A stretch of 64,000 nucleotides of DNA from Candidatus Marinacidobacterales bacterium (GTDB lineage: Bacteria; Acidobacteriota; Vicinamibacteria; Marinacidobacterales; DATDRI01), in the NCBI GenBank assembly GCA_965219415.1, contig CBDCNP010000002.1, positions 1,696,001 to 1,760,000 on the forward strand. The letters are read 5' to 3'. The notes beneath the pieces are model-generated. The model was not told the origin of the DNA and did not search any database. It was given only the letters and a program-made list of their open reading frames with translations. This document shows, in pieces, positions 31,377-43,585 of this stretch (position 1 is the stretch's first letter; every line of letters begins with the position of its first letter). A program made the position numbers and the translations under genes.

Positions 31377-31495
31377 GATGAAGGGGCTTCGTTTAGCCTA
31401 GGATCCTAGTGGGTCGCGTGCCGGCTGGGTGTTCGCTCGCGTCTTCTTACCACTGAGTGCGCTCCCTCGGTGAATTCGACTGCCTTCGTTATGCC

Positions 31496-31840
31496 ATGAT
31501 CACTGGTTTCAACACCGACGTGAACTACAAGGGCGTGGTTTTCCATGTCCAAACCGAGGATAAAGGCCTCGAGAATCCTGTGATCGAGTCTCTGATATAT
31601 AAAGGTGGAGAGATCCTTGGCAGCCGCAGGCTCCCGTACTCGGAGATGATGGAAAACGGCTACGACGAAAAGGCCGTGGTCAAGCTCATGGAAGACCAGC
31701 ACAAGACGATGATCCAAGAGATCAAGCAAGGCCGGTTTGACGAGTCGGCCGACATATTGCGGGATGATACGGTCTTGTCGGACCAGAGCCTAGATCAAGT
31801 GATTTTAAATTACCTGGTGGAGAAGAAGGACGACGAATAA
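31496..31840 (+). CDS. Conserved hypothetical protein
   Basis: MITGFNTDV..GVVFHVQTEDKG..P.IESLIY.GGEIL..MEDQHK, a recognisable uncharacterised family motif. Confidence 0.8.
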   Translation: MITGFNTDVNYKGVVFHVQTEDKGLENPVIESLIYKGGEILGSRRLPYSEMMENGYDEKAVVKLMEDQHKTMIQEIKQGRFDESADILRDDTVLSDQSLDQVILNYLVEKKDDE

Positions 31841-33161
31841 TGGTCTCATTGAGCTAAAGCAGAAGCTTTCCGAGGAAGAACGGACCTACGCCGAGCTCCT
31901 CGCGCTGCTCGACGAGCTCGCAGATGCCCATCTGCCGTACGACTTGGACCCCGAGATTCCCTCACAGCTGGGGAAGCTGAACGAGGCATGGGAGATCGGG
32001 GAGATCGGACCCTCCGGCGATCCAGCTGTTCCCGAAGGTCTCAAGGGACTCCTGCGTCGAACCGTCCGGAGACTGGTCGAACCGGAGCTGGCGCCCCTCC
32101 AAGAAGCGCTCGCGCGTCAGCAAACATTCAATTCCTTCACAGTGCAGTTTCTCAACCGCTACATGGACGCCGCACACCAGCACGCGGTTCGACTGCGCGA
32201 ATTTTCGTCGGCCCTCGTTCGCTATGCGCAAAGGGTGGACCGGCTTGCCGATGCCAAGGATCGACTCTACGCTCAATTGGGAAACACGCGAAACGATCTT
32301 CTGCTAGAGGCGATGGACAAACGCGTCGAAACGATCACTCTCGGTCTCAAGAGAGCGCAGTCGAAATTGGAATCGATGATGTCTGGCGTCGACCTGGCAC
32401 GAACGGAAGTCGAGTCTCTCAGACGCCATATGAAACCGACCTCCGAGACACGCGGAGAGCGCCCGGCCGCGGCTAAACCTGCAGATCCTTTCGAAGCGAG
32501 AGAGTACGTGGCCTTCGAACATCGTTTCCGAGGGGAATCGACAGAGATTCGCGATCGACTCGGCGGGTATGTAGTCCACTTCACCGGTGAGGGGCCCATC
32601 GTGGAGCTCGGATGCGGCCGAGGCGAGTTCCTCGAGCTGGCTCGGGACGCCGGTCTAGACGCACGGGGCGTAGACGATAACGCCGAAATGGTCAGTACCT
32701 GTCGGGAACGGGGCCTGGCGGTGGAGGAGCAAGACCTCTTTACCTATTTGAAAGACGTCGAAGAGGATTCGCTAGGTGGCATCTTCGCGGCTCAGGTCAT
32801 CGAGCACTTACCACCGGCGATGCTCAGGGAAACTCTGGCCGCCGCCCATCGAGCCTTGCGCAAGGGCGGAAGAATCGTGCTCGAAACGGTGAATACCAAA
32901 AGTGTTTTAGCGCTCATCGAGTCGTTCTACCGCGACTTGACCCACCAGAAGCCGCTGCACCCGGAGACTCTGGATTTTCTCTTGCGATCCTGCGGATTCA
33001 GCGATGTGGTCATCGAGTACCGGAGTCCGGTCAGCGAGCGCGCCAAGCTTCTCAGCGTTTCTCCGCAAGACGCCGATGCACGCACGCTGAATGACAACTT
33101 CCGTAAACTCAACGCCTTTCTCTTCGGAGATCAAGACTACGCGGCGATCGCGACCAAGTAG
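31840..33161 (+). CDS. Coiled-coil plus class I SAM methyltransferase (polysaccharide chain-terminator-like); probable 1-nt deletion at the start
   Basis: Motifs FEHRFRG, ELGCGRGEFL, QVIEHL, ETVN and FYRDLTH..PLHP; the frame is open upstream of 31944 and restoring ATG(G)GT gives MGLIELKQKL. Confidence 0.82.
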
Positions 33162-33261
33162 CCCCCTTTCACTCGACCCCGGTCTATTGACCTCCTCGCA
33201 CGCATTTGCCTAAGATGCACCCAGTCAACGTGAGGTCGAAACGTAAGGGAGGTAGAGAAGG

Positions 33262-33570
33262 ATGGCCGAATTCGTCAAAGTAGCCTCGACCAGCGATCTG
33301 GCCCCGGGTCAATGCAAGGTTGCCGATGCAGGCGGAAAACCCATCGCCTTGTGCAATGTGAACGGTACCTTTTACGCGATCGACAATACCTGTCTCCACC
33401 AGGGCGGACCACTGGGAGAAGGCTCTATGGAAACCACGACTCTCACTTGTCCGTGGCACGCCTGGCAATGGGACGTCACGACGGGAAAGAGCACCGTCAA
33501 CCCCGCCATGGGCGTCACCTGCTATCCAGTCAAGGTCGAAGGGGACGACGTGATGGTGGAGGTTGGCTGA
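33262..33570 (+). CDS. Rieske [2Fe-2S] ferredoxin
   Basis: CLHQGGPL...CPWH; SD present; TTGACC-N18-TAAGAT upstream. Confidence 0.93.
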   Translation: MAEFVKVASTSDLAPGQCKVADAGGKPIALCNVNGTFYAIDNTCLHQGGPLGEGSMETTTLTCPWHAWQWDVTTGKSTVNPAMGVTCYPVKVEGDDVMVEVG

Positions 33571-33643
33571 AGCCAGGTCGGGCCAGGTAGAGATTCTCGA
33601 GCCACTCCCGACCGCCCCGACAGCCTGACTGGAAAAGCCGAAG

Positions 33644-34402
33644 TTGCCGCCCCGCGAATCCAAAGAAGAGCACAGGAAGCGCGCCGGTAAGATCCTCGGC
33701 AAGCTCGGCAAGGAATTTCCTCGGGCCGGAACCGCTCTCCATCACCGGTCTCCGTTCGAACTGTTGGTGGCAACCATCCTGTCCGCCCAATGCACGGATG
33801 AGCGGGTCAACAGAGTAACGCCGCCCTTGTTCGCACGTTTTCCCGAACCGGCCGCTCTCGCCCATGCGGATCGGGGCGAGCTGGAAGAGCTCATACGTTC
33901 CACTGGCTTCTACCGCAACAAGGCGAAATCGGTCCAAGGAGCGTCTCAGAAGATCATCGACGACTTCGAAGGTCGCGTGCCTGAGACGATGGACGAGCTG
34001 CTCCGTCTCCCCGGTGTGGCCCGAAAGACGGCGAACGTCGTAATGGGAAACGGCTTCGGGAAAGCAGCCGGCGTGGTTGTAGACACTCACGTCTTTCGAC
34101 TCTCCCACCGTATGGGGTTTTCGAAGGGGAAGAATCCCGTTCAAGTAGAGAACGATCTGATGGCCCTCTTTTCCAAGAAAGACTGGGTCAACGCGGGTAA
34201 TCGCCTGATTCTTCACGGACGCACCACTTGCATCGCGCGCAACCCCAAGTGTGAAGGGTGCGCGGTGGAAACGCTGTGCCCACGAATCGGAGTCGAGACC
34301 AAGACCAAGAAGTCGACCACATCAACTGGGCCCTCGAGCCCCCACCGATGCTCGAGACCACGTCGGTCACTCCGTGATCGCATCCAAAGCGGCAGGCGCT
34401 GA
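33644..34402 (+). CDS. nth: Endonuclease III
   Basis: Motifs LLVATILSAQCTD, HhH LPGVARKTANVV, VDTHV and CIARNPKCEGC.....CP. Confidence 0.96.
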   Translation: MPPRESKEEHRKRAGKILGKLGKEFPRAGTALHHRSPFELLVATILSAQCTDERVNRVTPPLFARFPEPAALAHADRGELEELIRSTGFYRNKAKSVQGASQKIIDDFEGRVPETMDELLRLPGVARKTANVVMGNGFGKAAGVVVDTHVFRLSHRMGFSKGKNPVQVENDLMALFSKKDWVNAGNRLILHGRTTCIARNPKCEGCAVETLCPRIGVETKTKKSTTSTGPSSPHRCSRPRRSLRDRIQSGRR

Positions 34403-34405
34403 CGA

Positions 34406-35425
34406 ATGCGTCTCGGTCTCAACCTCGGATTCCAAACATCTACTCAAGATCCCTCCCCGCTGGCGCTGGAAGCGGAGCGCCTCGGTTATCACTCCGTGTG
34501 GGCGGCGGAAGCCTGGGGCTCCGACGCGGTAAGCGTCCTGGCGTGGGTGGGGGCGCGAACCAAGAGCATCGCGCTGGGCTCCGCGATTCTCCAGATGCCG
34601 GCTCGCACACCAGCAACGACGGCGATGACCGCCGCCACCCTCGACGGCCTGAGCGGCGGCCGGTTTTTGCTCGGACTCGGGATGTCCGGGCCACAGGTGG
34701 TCGAGGGTTGGCACGGCGTGCCATACGGCAAGCCCCTCGTTCGCACTAGGGAGTACATCGAGATCGTGCGCACCATCTTGAAACGCGAAGCCCCTCTCGT
34801 GCACCAAGGCGATCACTACAATATTCCACTGCCCGGCGGCACCGGGCTCGGCAAGGCATTGAAGATGATGCTCCGACCCACTCGCCCGGACATACCGATC
34901 TACCTGGCGGCGATCGGGCCGCGAAATACAACGCTTGCGGCAGAGGTGGCAGACGGATGGTTGCCGATTTTCTTCTCACCGTTTCACCGAGAAGTCTTCC
35001 AGGAACATCTCGACGCCGGCAGGCTCAAACGTCCGGCCGACCGGAAGGACAAACCCTTCGATATCGCTCCCATGGTCGGCATTACTCTCGGTGACGACCT
35101 GGCCAGCTGCTGGGACTCTCACAAACCAAGCTTGGCGCTTTACTTTGGCGGAATGGGGGCCAAAGGACGCAATTTCTATTTCGATCTCGCGTGTCGCTAC
35201 GGTTATGAAGAGGCGGCCACCAAAATTCAGGGGCTCTATCTGAGCGGAAAGAAAGCGGAGGCTATCGCTGCCGTGCCCGACGAGCTCGTCGACGAGGTGA
35301 CCCTCTGCGGACCGCGTTCCCGCCTGGCGGAGAGGTTGTCGGCATGGAAGGAAGCCGGTGTGACAACCTTGATCTGCACCACTAGCGACCCGACCACGTT
35401 GCGAACCATAGCCGAAATCGCGTGA
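34406..35425 (+). CDS. LLM-class (probably F420-dependent) oxidoreductase
   Basis: Motifs [30 protein letters not shown] and [13 protein letters not shown]. Confidence 0.88.
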   Translation: MRLGLNLGFQTSTQDPSPLALEAERLGYHSVWAAEAWGSDAVSVLAWVGARTKSIALGSAILQMPARTPATTAMTAATLDGLSGGRFLLGLGMSGPQVVEGWHGVPYGKPLVRTREYIEIVRTILKREAPLVHQGDHYNIPLPGGTGLGKALKMMLRPTRPDIPIYLAAIGPRNTTLAAEVADGWLPIFFSPFHREVFQEHLDAGRLKRPADRKDKPFDIAPMVGITLGDDLASCWDSHKPSLALYFGGMGAKGRNFYFDLACRYGYEEAATKIQGLYLSGKKAEAIAAVPDELVDEVTLCGPRSRLAERLSAWKEAGVTTLICTTSDPTTLRTIAEIA

Positions 35426-35546
35426 TCGCACGAATAAAGTACGACTTGGTGCGAAACCGTTGGCTTGTGGCCAACCGACGGCGTCTCTATAATGCGCTTG
35501 AGTTTGGTGGCGGCCACCAAATTCCACGCCCCCGCAAGGAGTATCG

Positions 35547-37451
35547 ATGTTTAGGTTTCGCCCATGCACCATGCTCATGGTCGTAGCGGCGGTCGTGCTG
35601 ACCAGTCTGGCCTCTTCGTTTCAAGAGCAAGATCAAACACCGCAGGAGCCGCCGCGATTTCGAGCCGAGGTCGCGGCGGTCTTGGTGGACCTTTTGGTCC
35701 TGGATGAGCAGGGACGACCGCTTGCCGGCCTTGGTCGAGAGAATTTTCAAGTTCTGGAAGACGACGTGCTTCAGGAGATCGAGAATTTCGAAGTGATCGA
35801 CTGGAGCTCATACGTCGGCCGCGACGCGCCGCAGGGCGAGCCCAGGGAACCGGACCCGCGAGCGGTTGTAAATGCTTTTCCCCGCCGGTTCATCTTTATC
35901 ATCAATCGGCAGAACGCCCGCACGCGGTTTATCCGAAGAGCCAAGTTAGCCCTGGAGAACTTCGTCGTAGAATCCATGGCCGATGAAGATGAAGCACTCG
36001 TCCTCGACATGGGCATTTCCACGAAAGTCCTCCAACAGTTCAAGGACTCGAAACAAGAGACGATCCAGACGATCCGAAAGATCTCCCTCTTGGAAGCCGA
36101 CCTCTACCGAGGCACCGGTAGCGATCTTGGCACACGCAATGTGTACGACACGCTCGAGAGCTTGGGACAGGGTCTCGGACAATTCCCCGGACGCAAGATC
36201 GTCATTTTCATGTCACCGGAGCTTGGCCAAACTCAGAATCTAATCACTTGGCTCGAAGATACCGTCGACGCCTTCAACCAATCGAACACCACCGTCTACT
36301 CGATCGACATCAACGGAGTCGGGGGGTTCTCGCCCGCGAGTAGCCAGACGCCGATCTCCTCTTCGGATGCGTTTGGCATAGGAGGACTCTTTCCCCTCGC
36401 TAACGAGACCGGAGGCAGGTACTACTACAACCTCAACACGTTCGAGCCAGTACTTCGCAGGATAGGCATCGAGAACAGCCGGTACTATCAATTCACATAC
36501 ACTTCCACGAACACCAACTACGACGGCAAGTATCGCACCATCCAGGTAAGAGTCGATCGGCCGAACGCGGTGGTGGTCGCGCGTCGCGGCTATTTTGCAA
36601 GGAAAGCACCGGCACCGTTGGAAGCGGAGGCGATTCCAGAGGAGCCGAGCCCCGCTCCCGCGCCAGCGAGCGCGACGGAGCCGGCGGTAGAGCCCGCCGC
36701 CGAGGCCAGAGAAGCGACAAGCGAGATTCCCCCTGGGCCCGCGCCCCCGGAACAAGTCGAGATCACGACCTATCTCTTCCCCGCGGGTGATCAAGTCGAG
36801 GTCCCCATCGTCGTCGCCCTCCCACTGGACATGGTGACGTCGGAAGATGGAGTGGCGAAGCGGACGCTCAAGCTGACGATCACCGACGAAGCACGGACGG
36901 TGGCCGAGTTCAAGGACGAAATCGGCCCCACCAGGTTTTTTGTGGTCCAAAACCCCCGCCTGGCCCCGGGGCTCTACCTGCTACAGCTGACGGTCGAGAC
37001 TTCCGGGGAACAGATTTATCAAGCTTCCACAGCTCTCGAAGTCCCTGAAGGATTCGGCGAACGTTTCGGTTTCTCGAGCATAGTCCCCGTGTTTCCGCCT
37101 TCCGCCGGTGCTTCGGGAGGCGGGCAGTCGATCGAAATCCGACCCACGCCAAACCTGAGTCGGGGCGAGGATGCCTTCCTCTACTTCCGCGTTTTTCCCG
37201 GCGAAGGTGCCACCGCGGCGGAGAACGACACCAAATTAACTTACGTCATTTCCCAGGACGATCGAGAGCTGAGATCCGGCGGACACGCTTCGTCACTCAA
37301 ACTCACCGAAGCCGGCGATGCCGGATTCCCGGTGCTGCTCAGGTTGCCAACCTCGGATCTGCCGCGTGGGTCCTACCGGGCGGTGCTACGCGTCGCGAGC
37401 CCCAGTCTGGGGCGACGAGCCGCTTCCGAGATCGAGCTGACGATCTACTGA
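35547..37451 (+). CDS. Exported acidobacterial VWFA-related domain protein
   Basis: Signal peptide; VLVDLLVLDEQGRPL.GL..ENF.VLEDD, PGRKIVIFMS, LANETGG and DGKYRTIQVRV..ARRGYFA. Confidence 0.85.
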   Translation: MFRFRPCTMLMVVAAVVLTSLASSFQEQDQTPQEPPRFRAEVAAVLVDLLVLDEQGRPLAGLGRENFQVLEDDVLQEIENFEVIDWSSYVGRDAPQGEPREPDPRAVVNAFPRRFIFIINRQNARTRFIRRAKLALENFVVESMADEDEALVLDMGISTKVLQQFKDSKQETIQTIRKISLLEADLYRGTGSDLGTRNVYDTLESLGQGLGQFPGRKIVIFMSPELGQTQNLITWLEDTVDAFNQSNTTVYSIDINGVGGFSPASSQTPISSSDAFGIGGLFPLANETGGRYYYNLNTFEPVLRRIGIENSRYYQFTYTSTNTNYDGKYRTIQVRVDRPNAVVVARRGYFARKAPAPLEAEAIPEEPSPAPAPASATEPAVEPAAEAREATSEIPPGPAPPEQVEITTYLFPAGDQVEVPIVVALPLDMVTSEDGVAKRTLKLTITDEARTVAEFKDEIGPTRFFVVQNPRLAPGLYLLQLTVETSGEQIYQASTALEVPEGFGERFGFSSIVPVFPPSAGASGGGQSIEIRPTPNLSRGEDAFLYFRVFPGEGATAAENDTKLTYVISQDDRELRSGGHASSLKLTEAGDAGFPVLLRLPTSDLPRGSYRAVLRVASPSLGRRAASEIELTIY

Positions 37452-37464
37452 CCTCGAGCTTCGA

Positions 37465-38190
37465 ATGCAAGTCGACGTGCTCGCCTTCGGCCCGCATCCG
37501 GATGACGTCGAGTTGTTCGTGGGCGGGACGCTACTGCGCCTGGCCGCCCAAGGACATCGCACCGCTATTATCGATCTCACCGCCGGTGAGATGGGCACCC
37601 GGGGTACACAAGAGCAAAGAAAGTCGGAGGCTGGAGAGGCGGCGAAGATCTTGGGTGTTGCGAGCCGCCGTTGTCTCGATTTAGGCGACGGTCGATTGGC
37701 CGCGGATTGGCCGGGCAAGATCGCGGTCGCGGAAGCGATTCGTGAACTCAAACCGCGTTTGGTCATTACCAACTATTGGGAAAGCAACCACCCCGATCAC
37801 GCCGTCTCCGGTCGGCTGGTCGCAGAAGCCACCTATCTGGCAGGACTCACCAAGCTCGAAGCGAGCGGTGAGCCGCACCGCCCCAACCGCGTGCTTTACT
37901 ACTTCCTCCCTTACCGTGTCGCGCCGTCGTTCGTGGTCGACGTGACCGACTACTACGACAAGAAACTACAAGCGATCGAGGCATACCGCTCCCAGTTCCA
38001 TGATCCGGACTCGCACGAGCCCAAAACGTTTATCAGCCATCCGGATTTCTTGGCGCGTATGGAAGGGATCCATCGCTACTTCGGCTCTCTCATCGACGTG
38101 AAGCTCGGGGAGGCTTTCTTCGTGCGGGAAGCGTTGAACGTAGATGACCTCGTGAGTTTCTTCGATCAACCGGCCACGCGCTTCGCTTAG
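37465..38190 (+). CDS. bshB1: Bacillithiol biosynthesis deacetylase BshB1 (PIG-L family)
   Basis: Motifs HPDDVEL, DLTAGEMGTRGT, HPDH and YRSQF. Confidence 0.85.
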   Translation: MQVDVLAFGPHPDDVELFVGGTLLRLAAQGHRTAIIDLTAGEMGTRGTQEQRKSEAGEAAKILGVASRRCLDLGDGRLAADWPGKIAVAEAIRELKPRLVITNYWESNHPDHAVSGRLVAEATYLAGLTKLEASGEPHRPNRVLYYFLPYRVAPSFVVDVTDYYDKKLQAIEAYRSQFHDPDSHEPKTFISHPDFLARMEGIHRYFGSLIDVKLGEAFFVREALNVDDLVSFFDQPATRFA

Positions 38191-38213
38191 GCGAAAAAAA
38201 CTAGACGAGCAGG

Positions 38214-38231
38214 ATCTCGTCCGGACGAGAT
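38214..38231. repeat. Perfect 18-bp palindrome between convergent bshB1 and rhomboid genes
   Basis: ATCTCGTCCGGACGAGAT; possibly a bidirectional terminator element. Confidence 0.5.
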
Positions 38232-38315
38232 TCCGCAAGCAAAGTAGAAGGGATTTGCGTTCTTCCAGAAGAAGATTAATGCCTCTCGACTGAAGTCATC
38301 GCCGAGTGGCCGTGC

Positions 38316-39062
38316 CTAGTGGACGGTGGGCCCACCGCCGCCGCGCTTTTCGTAATACTGCTCGAATTTCTTGCGCAGCCTCTTCATTCGCCAACGACGG
38401 TAGGAATCCTGGATGAATCCGCCGCCTGTTTCTTTGCCGGCTCCGCCTCTACCCCTGACACCGCCCCAACAAAGGTAGAGGTAGCCCACGACGAGTCCGC
38501 CCAGATGGGCGAGGTGAGAGACTCCAGATGCTCCACCCAGCGAAGAGAGAAAGCTGATGAGGCCCATGATCATCACGAAGTACTTCGCCTGAATCGGAAA
38601 GAAGAAAATGAAGAAGACGTTCATGTAAACAACGCGGTTGGGAAAGTACATCGCGAAGGCGACGAGTAGTCCGTAAATCGCTCCTGATGCGCCAATCACC
38701 GGGTAGCCGGCCACTAGCGCAAAGACTCCCGCACCTACCCCGCAAATAAGATAGTAGCGAACGAAAAAGGGCGTCCCCCAGAGCCTTTCCATCTCACCCC
38801 CGAACATGAACAAAATGAGCATGTTGATGAGAATGTGGAAGAGGCTCCCGGGATCGTGAAGAAACATGTACGTGACCAGCTGCCAGACATAGAAACTGCC
38901 CAGCACCTGGGACGGGTCGAGACGGAACCAAGTCGTGATCGGGTCGTAGAGCTGTTGTAACACATAGATAAGGACGTTTGAGATAAGGAGATACTTGACC
39001 GCCGGCGTCAGCGGTCCTCCGAATGACCAGGTTGCGGTTCCACCGCGATAGGGACGTCCCAT
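38316..39062 (-). CDS. Rhomboid family intramembrane serine protease
   Basis: Motifs WQLVTYMFLH, HILINM, GASG (Ser) and AHLGG (His). Confidence 0.94.
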   Translation of the reverse strand: MGRPYRGGTATWSFGGPLTPAVKYLLISNVLIYVLQQLYDPITTWFRLDPSQVLGSFYVWQLVTYMFLHDPGSLFHILINMLILFMFGGEMERLWGTPFFVRYYLICGVGAGVFALVAGYPVIGASGAIYGLLVAFAMYFPNRVVYMNVFFIFFFPIQAKYFVMIMGLISFLSSLGGASGVSHLAHLGGLVVGYLYLCWGGVRGRGGAGKETGGGFIQDSYRRWRMKRLRKKFEQYYEKRGGGGPTVH

Positions 39063-39159
39063 TCGTTACCTCGCCCGGATTCTCTCAACTCCGGGTGGAC
39101 GGGTCAAATTAAATGGATTGACGTCCTTTCCTAGACTAGGAAGACCGTCAAACCTGCTG

Positions 39160-39275
39160 TCCCTCTCCCCTTCCGCCTACGCTAAAGCTTCGGCGAGACC
39201 ACGCCGTTAGCCGTTGTCACGCGGAGGACCCTCCAACGGCGAAGGCGGGTTGGGGAGAGGGATCGGGTGAGGGGT
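39160..39275. repeat. REP-like long palindromic repeat (copy 1)
   Basis: TCCCTCTCCCC (39160-70) pairs with GGGGAGAGGGA (39252-62), with inner CCGCCT/AGGCGG and CCGTTG/CAACGG; a second copy starts at the IS110 insertion site. Confidence 0.7.
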
Positions 39276-39319
39276 CAATCGAAGCTGGCTTCCCTCCTTT
39301 AATCCCTTGTATCTTGAAG

Positions 39320-40473
<1,154 letters not shown>

Positions 40474-40565
40474 GACAGTTGCTCTCCCTTCCGCCTTCGC
40501 TAACATGAATTCGCTAGAGCTTCGGCAGACCCGCCGAAGTTCTCAAGAAACTACGTGGAGGTTAT

Positions 40566-43415
40566 CTAGGCAGCCGCTCTTAGAATCTTCGCGAGAAACT
40601 GACCGCTATAGGAAGTAGAGACCAGCGCGACCTCTTCGGGGGTACCGCTTGCCACGACCATTCCGCCACGTCCCCCGCCTTCTGGACCGAGGTCGATCAG
40701 ATAATCGGCGGTCTTGATCACATCCAAGTTGTGCTCGATCACCACGACCGAGTTACCCGCGTCGACCAAGCGATTCAATACGCGTAGCAGGCGGGCGATG
40801 TCGTCGAAGTGGAGGCCGGTTGTGGGCTCGTCCAATACGTAGAGTGTGCGACCGGTGGACCGCTTGGCGAGCTCGCGGGAAAGCTTGACCCGTTGCGCCT
40901 CGCCTCCGGAAAGCGTGGGCGAACTCTGTCCGAGCCGGATGTAACCGAGACCGACGTCGATGACGGTCCCCAGAATGCGGTGAATGGACGGATGATTCTG
41001 GAAGAGCTCCGCCGCCTCGGCCGCGGTGAGATCGAGGACATCGGCGATGGAAAGCCCCTTGTAACGCACTTGCAGCGTCACCTCGTTGAAACGCCTTCCT
41101 CCACAAAGCTCACACGGCACATAGACGTCCGCCAAGAAGTGCATCTCTACTTTAATGTCCCCGTCTCCTTGGCACTGCTCGCAGCGGCCGCCCTTCACAT
41201 TAAAAGAGAACCGACCCGGCGCATATCCACGCATTCGAGACTCGGGCAAAGTTGCGAACAAGTTACGGATCTCGTCGAAGACCTTGGTGTAAGTAGCCGG
41301 GTTCGAGCGTGGGGTGCGGCCTATCGGCGCCTGGTCGATATCGATGATTTTGTCGAGATGTCCGAGACCGCGGATCGTTTGGTGCTCTCCCACCCGGACG
41401 TCTGAACGATGGAGGGCTCGTGCCAGCGCAGGGTAAAGAATATGGTTCACCAAAGTGCTCTTGCCTGCTCCAGAGACACCGGTCACCGCAACCAAAAGCC
41501 CGAGCGGGATGCGCACGTCGATATTCTGAAGATTGTTCTCCCGCGCCCCCTTGACCTCCACGAAACGCCGACCCGGCCGACGTCGCGTCTCGGGAACCGG
41601 GATCGAAAGTCCCCAGGACAGATACCGACCGGTGAGGGAGCTCGTGTTGCGACGCACTTCGTCGGGGGTTCCGGTTGCCACGATCCCCCCACCCTGAACT
41701 CCGGCCCCCGGGCCGAAGTCGATCAAATAATCGGCAGCTTCGATGGTCTCCCGATCGTGCTCCACCACGATGACGCTATTGCCGATGTCCCTGAGATGAC
41801 GAAGCGCTCCAATCAGCTTGGCGTTATCGCGCGAGTGGAGCCCGATCGACGGCTCGTCCAAGATATAGATCACGCCGGTCAGCTCGGAACCTATTTGGCT
41901 GGCCAAGCGAATTCGTTGCGACTCGCCGCCGGAAAGTGTCGGGGCCAATCGGTCGAGCGAAAGGTAGCTCAGCCCCACGTCGCGCAGGAAACGGAGACGG
42001 TTCGTGATCTCCTTCAGGAGCTCCGCCCCGATCATCGCATCGGTGCCCTTTAGCTCAGCGGTGGTAATGAATAGGTAGGCATCGTCGATGGTCAATGCCG
42101 ACACATCGGTGATGCTCTTGCCGGCGACCCGCACCGAGCGCGCCTCTGGTCGCAGCCGTGTACCGTCACAGCTCGAACACGACTTGTCGGAAAGGTACCG
42201 AGCGTAGTACTTACGGGCCCTTTCCGAGTGCGTATCTTTCAATCGGCGAAAGAGTGCGTTGACGATCCCTTCGAAACGCATCCGAAACGAACCCGAGCCC
42301 GAGTCACCTTTCCAACGGAACTGCACCTTCTTCTTTCCCAAGCCGTAGAGGATGATCTCCCGGTGCTCTTTCGGAAGCTTGGTCCACGGGCGATCGAGAT
42401 CGATCTCGTGTTTGCGAGCGACTCGCCTCAAGAGGTTGGCGGTCCAACCTCTCTTCTCCTTGATAGGGCCCCATGGCTTGAGCGCCCCTTGATTGATGGA
42501 CAAGGAGTCGTCGGGTATCAAGAGTTCGGGGTCGATTTCCGCCTTGGTCCCTAGTCCGTTGCATTCGGGGCACATACCTTGTGGCGAATTGAAGGAAAAA
42601 AGCTGGGGCGAGAGTTCAGGGAAGCTGAGCCCACAGGAATGGCAGGCACGGTGCTCGGAGAACAAGCGGTCTTCGATAGCGGTTGCGCCCGAATCCTTTA
42701 CGAAAGCGACGATCAGGACGCCGCCGCCGTAGCGCAGGGCGGTCTCCACCGAGTCGGCGACGCGGCTACCAGACTCGGGCTTGGCCACCAATCGGTCCAC
42801 TACTAGCTCGAGCGTGTGCTTTTTCTTCTTATCCAGCTCGATCTCTTCATCGAGCGAACGAAACTTGCCGTCGAGACGAATCCGGGTAAAACCACTGCGG
42901 CGAACCTGCTCGAGTACTTCCCGGTGCTCTCCCTTTCGCTCCGAAATAAGGGGGGCCAGAATCTGGAATCGGGTACCGGAATCGAACGCTAGGATCTCGT
43001 CCACGATCTGCTGTGAGGTTTGCTGTGCAACTGCCCGCCCGCACTGGTGGCAATGAAGCTTCCCGATGCGGGCGTAGAAAACACGGAGGTAGTCATAAAT
43101 CTCGGTGATCGTTCCCACCGTGGAACGAGGATTGTGTCCGGCTGATTTCTGATCGACGGAGATCGTCGGGGAAAGCCCGCGAATCGTATCGTAGAGGGGT
43201 TTATCCATCTGTCCCAAGAACTGGCGGGCGTAGCTAGAAAGCGACTCCACGTAGCGCCGCTGCCCCTCGGCGTAGAGCGTGTCGAACGCCAAGGAGGATT
43301 TTCCCGACCCCGACACGCCGGTGAAGACCACCAGTTTTTTCTTGGGGATCTCGACGGTAACGTTCTTGAGGTTGTGCTGGCGGGCTCCTTTGACGACCAG
43401 ACGGTCCGGCTCCAT
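40566..43415 (-). CDS. uvrA: Excinuclease ABC subunit A
   Basis: Two ABC modules ([14 protein letters not shown] and GVSGAGKST), LSGGE twice, zinc fingers. Confidence 0.98.
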   Translation of the reverse strand: MEPDRLVVKGARQHNLKNVTVEIPKKKLVVFTGVSGSGKSSLAFDTLYAEGQRRYVESLSSYARQFLGQMDKPLYDTIRGLSPTISVDQKSAGHNPRSTVGTITEIYDYLRVFYARIGKLHCHQCGRAVAQQTSQQIVDEILAFDSGTRFQILAPLISERKGEHREVLEQVRRSGFTRIRLDGKFRSLDEEIELDKKKKHTLELVVDRLVAKPESGSRVADSVETALRYGGGVLIVAFVKDSGATAIEDRLFSEHRACHSCGLSFPELSPQLFSFNSPQGMCPECNGLGTKAEIDPELLIPDDSLSINQGALKPWGPIKEKRGWTANLLRRVARKHEIDLDRPWTKLPKEHREIILYGLGKKKVQFRWKGDSGSGSFRMRFEGIVNALFRRLKDTHSERARKYYARYLSDKSCSSCDGTRLRPEARSVRVAGKSITDVSALTIDDAYLFITTAELKGTDAMIGAELLKEITNRLRFLRDVGLSYLSLDRLAPTLSGGESQRIRLASQIGSELTGVIYILDEPSIGLHSRDNAKLIGALRHLRDIGNSVIVVEHDRETIEAADYLIDFGPGAGVQGGGIVATGTPDEVRRNTSSLTGRYLSWGLSIPVPETRRRPGRRFVEVKGARENNLQNIDVRIPLGLLVAVTGVSGAGKSTLVNHILYPALARALHRSDVRVGEHQTIRGLGHLDKIIDIDQAPIGRTPRSNPATYTKVFDEIRNLFATLPESRMRGYAPGRFSFNVKGGRCEQCQGDGDIKVEMHFLADVYVPCELCGGRRFNEVTLQVRYKGLSIADVLDLTAAEAAELFQNHPSIHRILGTVIDVGLGYIRLGQSSPTLSGGEAQRVKLSRELAKRSTGRTLYVLDEPTTGLHFDDIARLLRVLNRLVDAGNSVVVIEHNLDVIKTADYLIDLGPEGGGRGGMVVASGTPEEVALVSTSYSGQFLAKILRAAA

Positions 43416-43585
43416 GCTCCCTTTCCTCTACTGCCTCAGTGCGCGCTCACTCCTCGTTCGCGCGCTTGACGCCTCGCTCCTCCATTCACGGCCGCGGGGC
43501 CCCACCCCCTCGTCCCTTCGCCAGCAAGCTTTCAGGACAGCTGATGGCTCCTCGGGCAGGGCGCAGTGAATTCGTCAGCACCCGG

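Noticed and set aside
34295-34402. Odd Ser/Arg-rich C-tail of Nth, possibly a remnant of a deleted gene
   Set aside because: Too short to assign; variable tails are common and the ORF ends 3 nt before the next start.
43416-43585. LexA/SOS boxes upstream of uvrA and radA
   Set aside because: No shared palindrome or GTTC-N7-GTTC-type repeat was found by eye in the two upstream regions.
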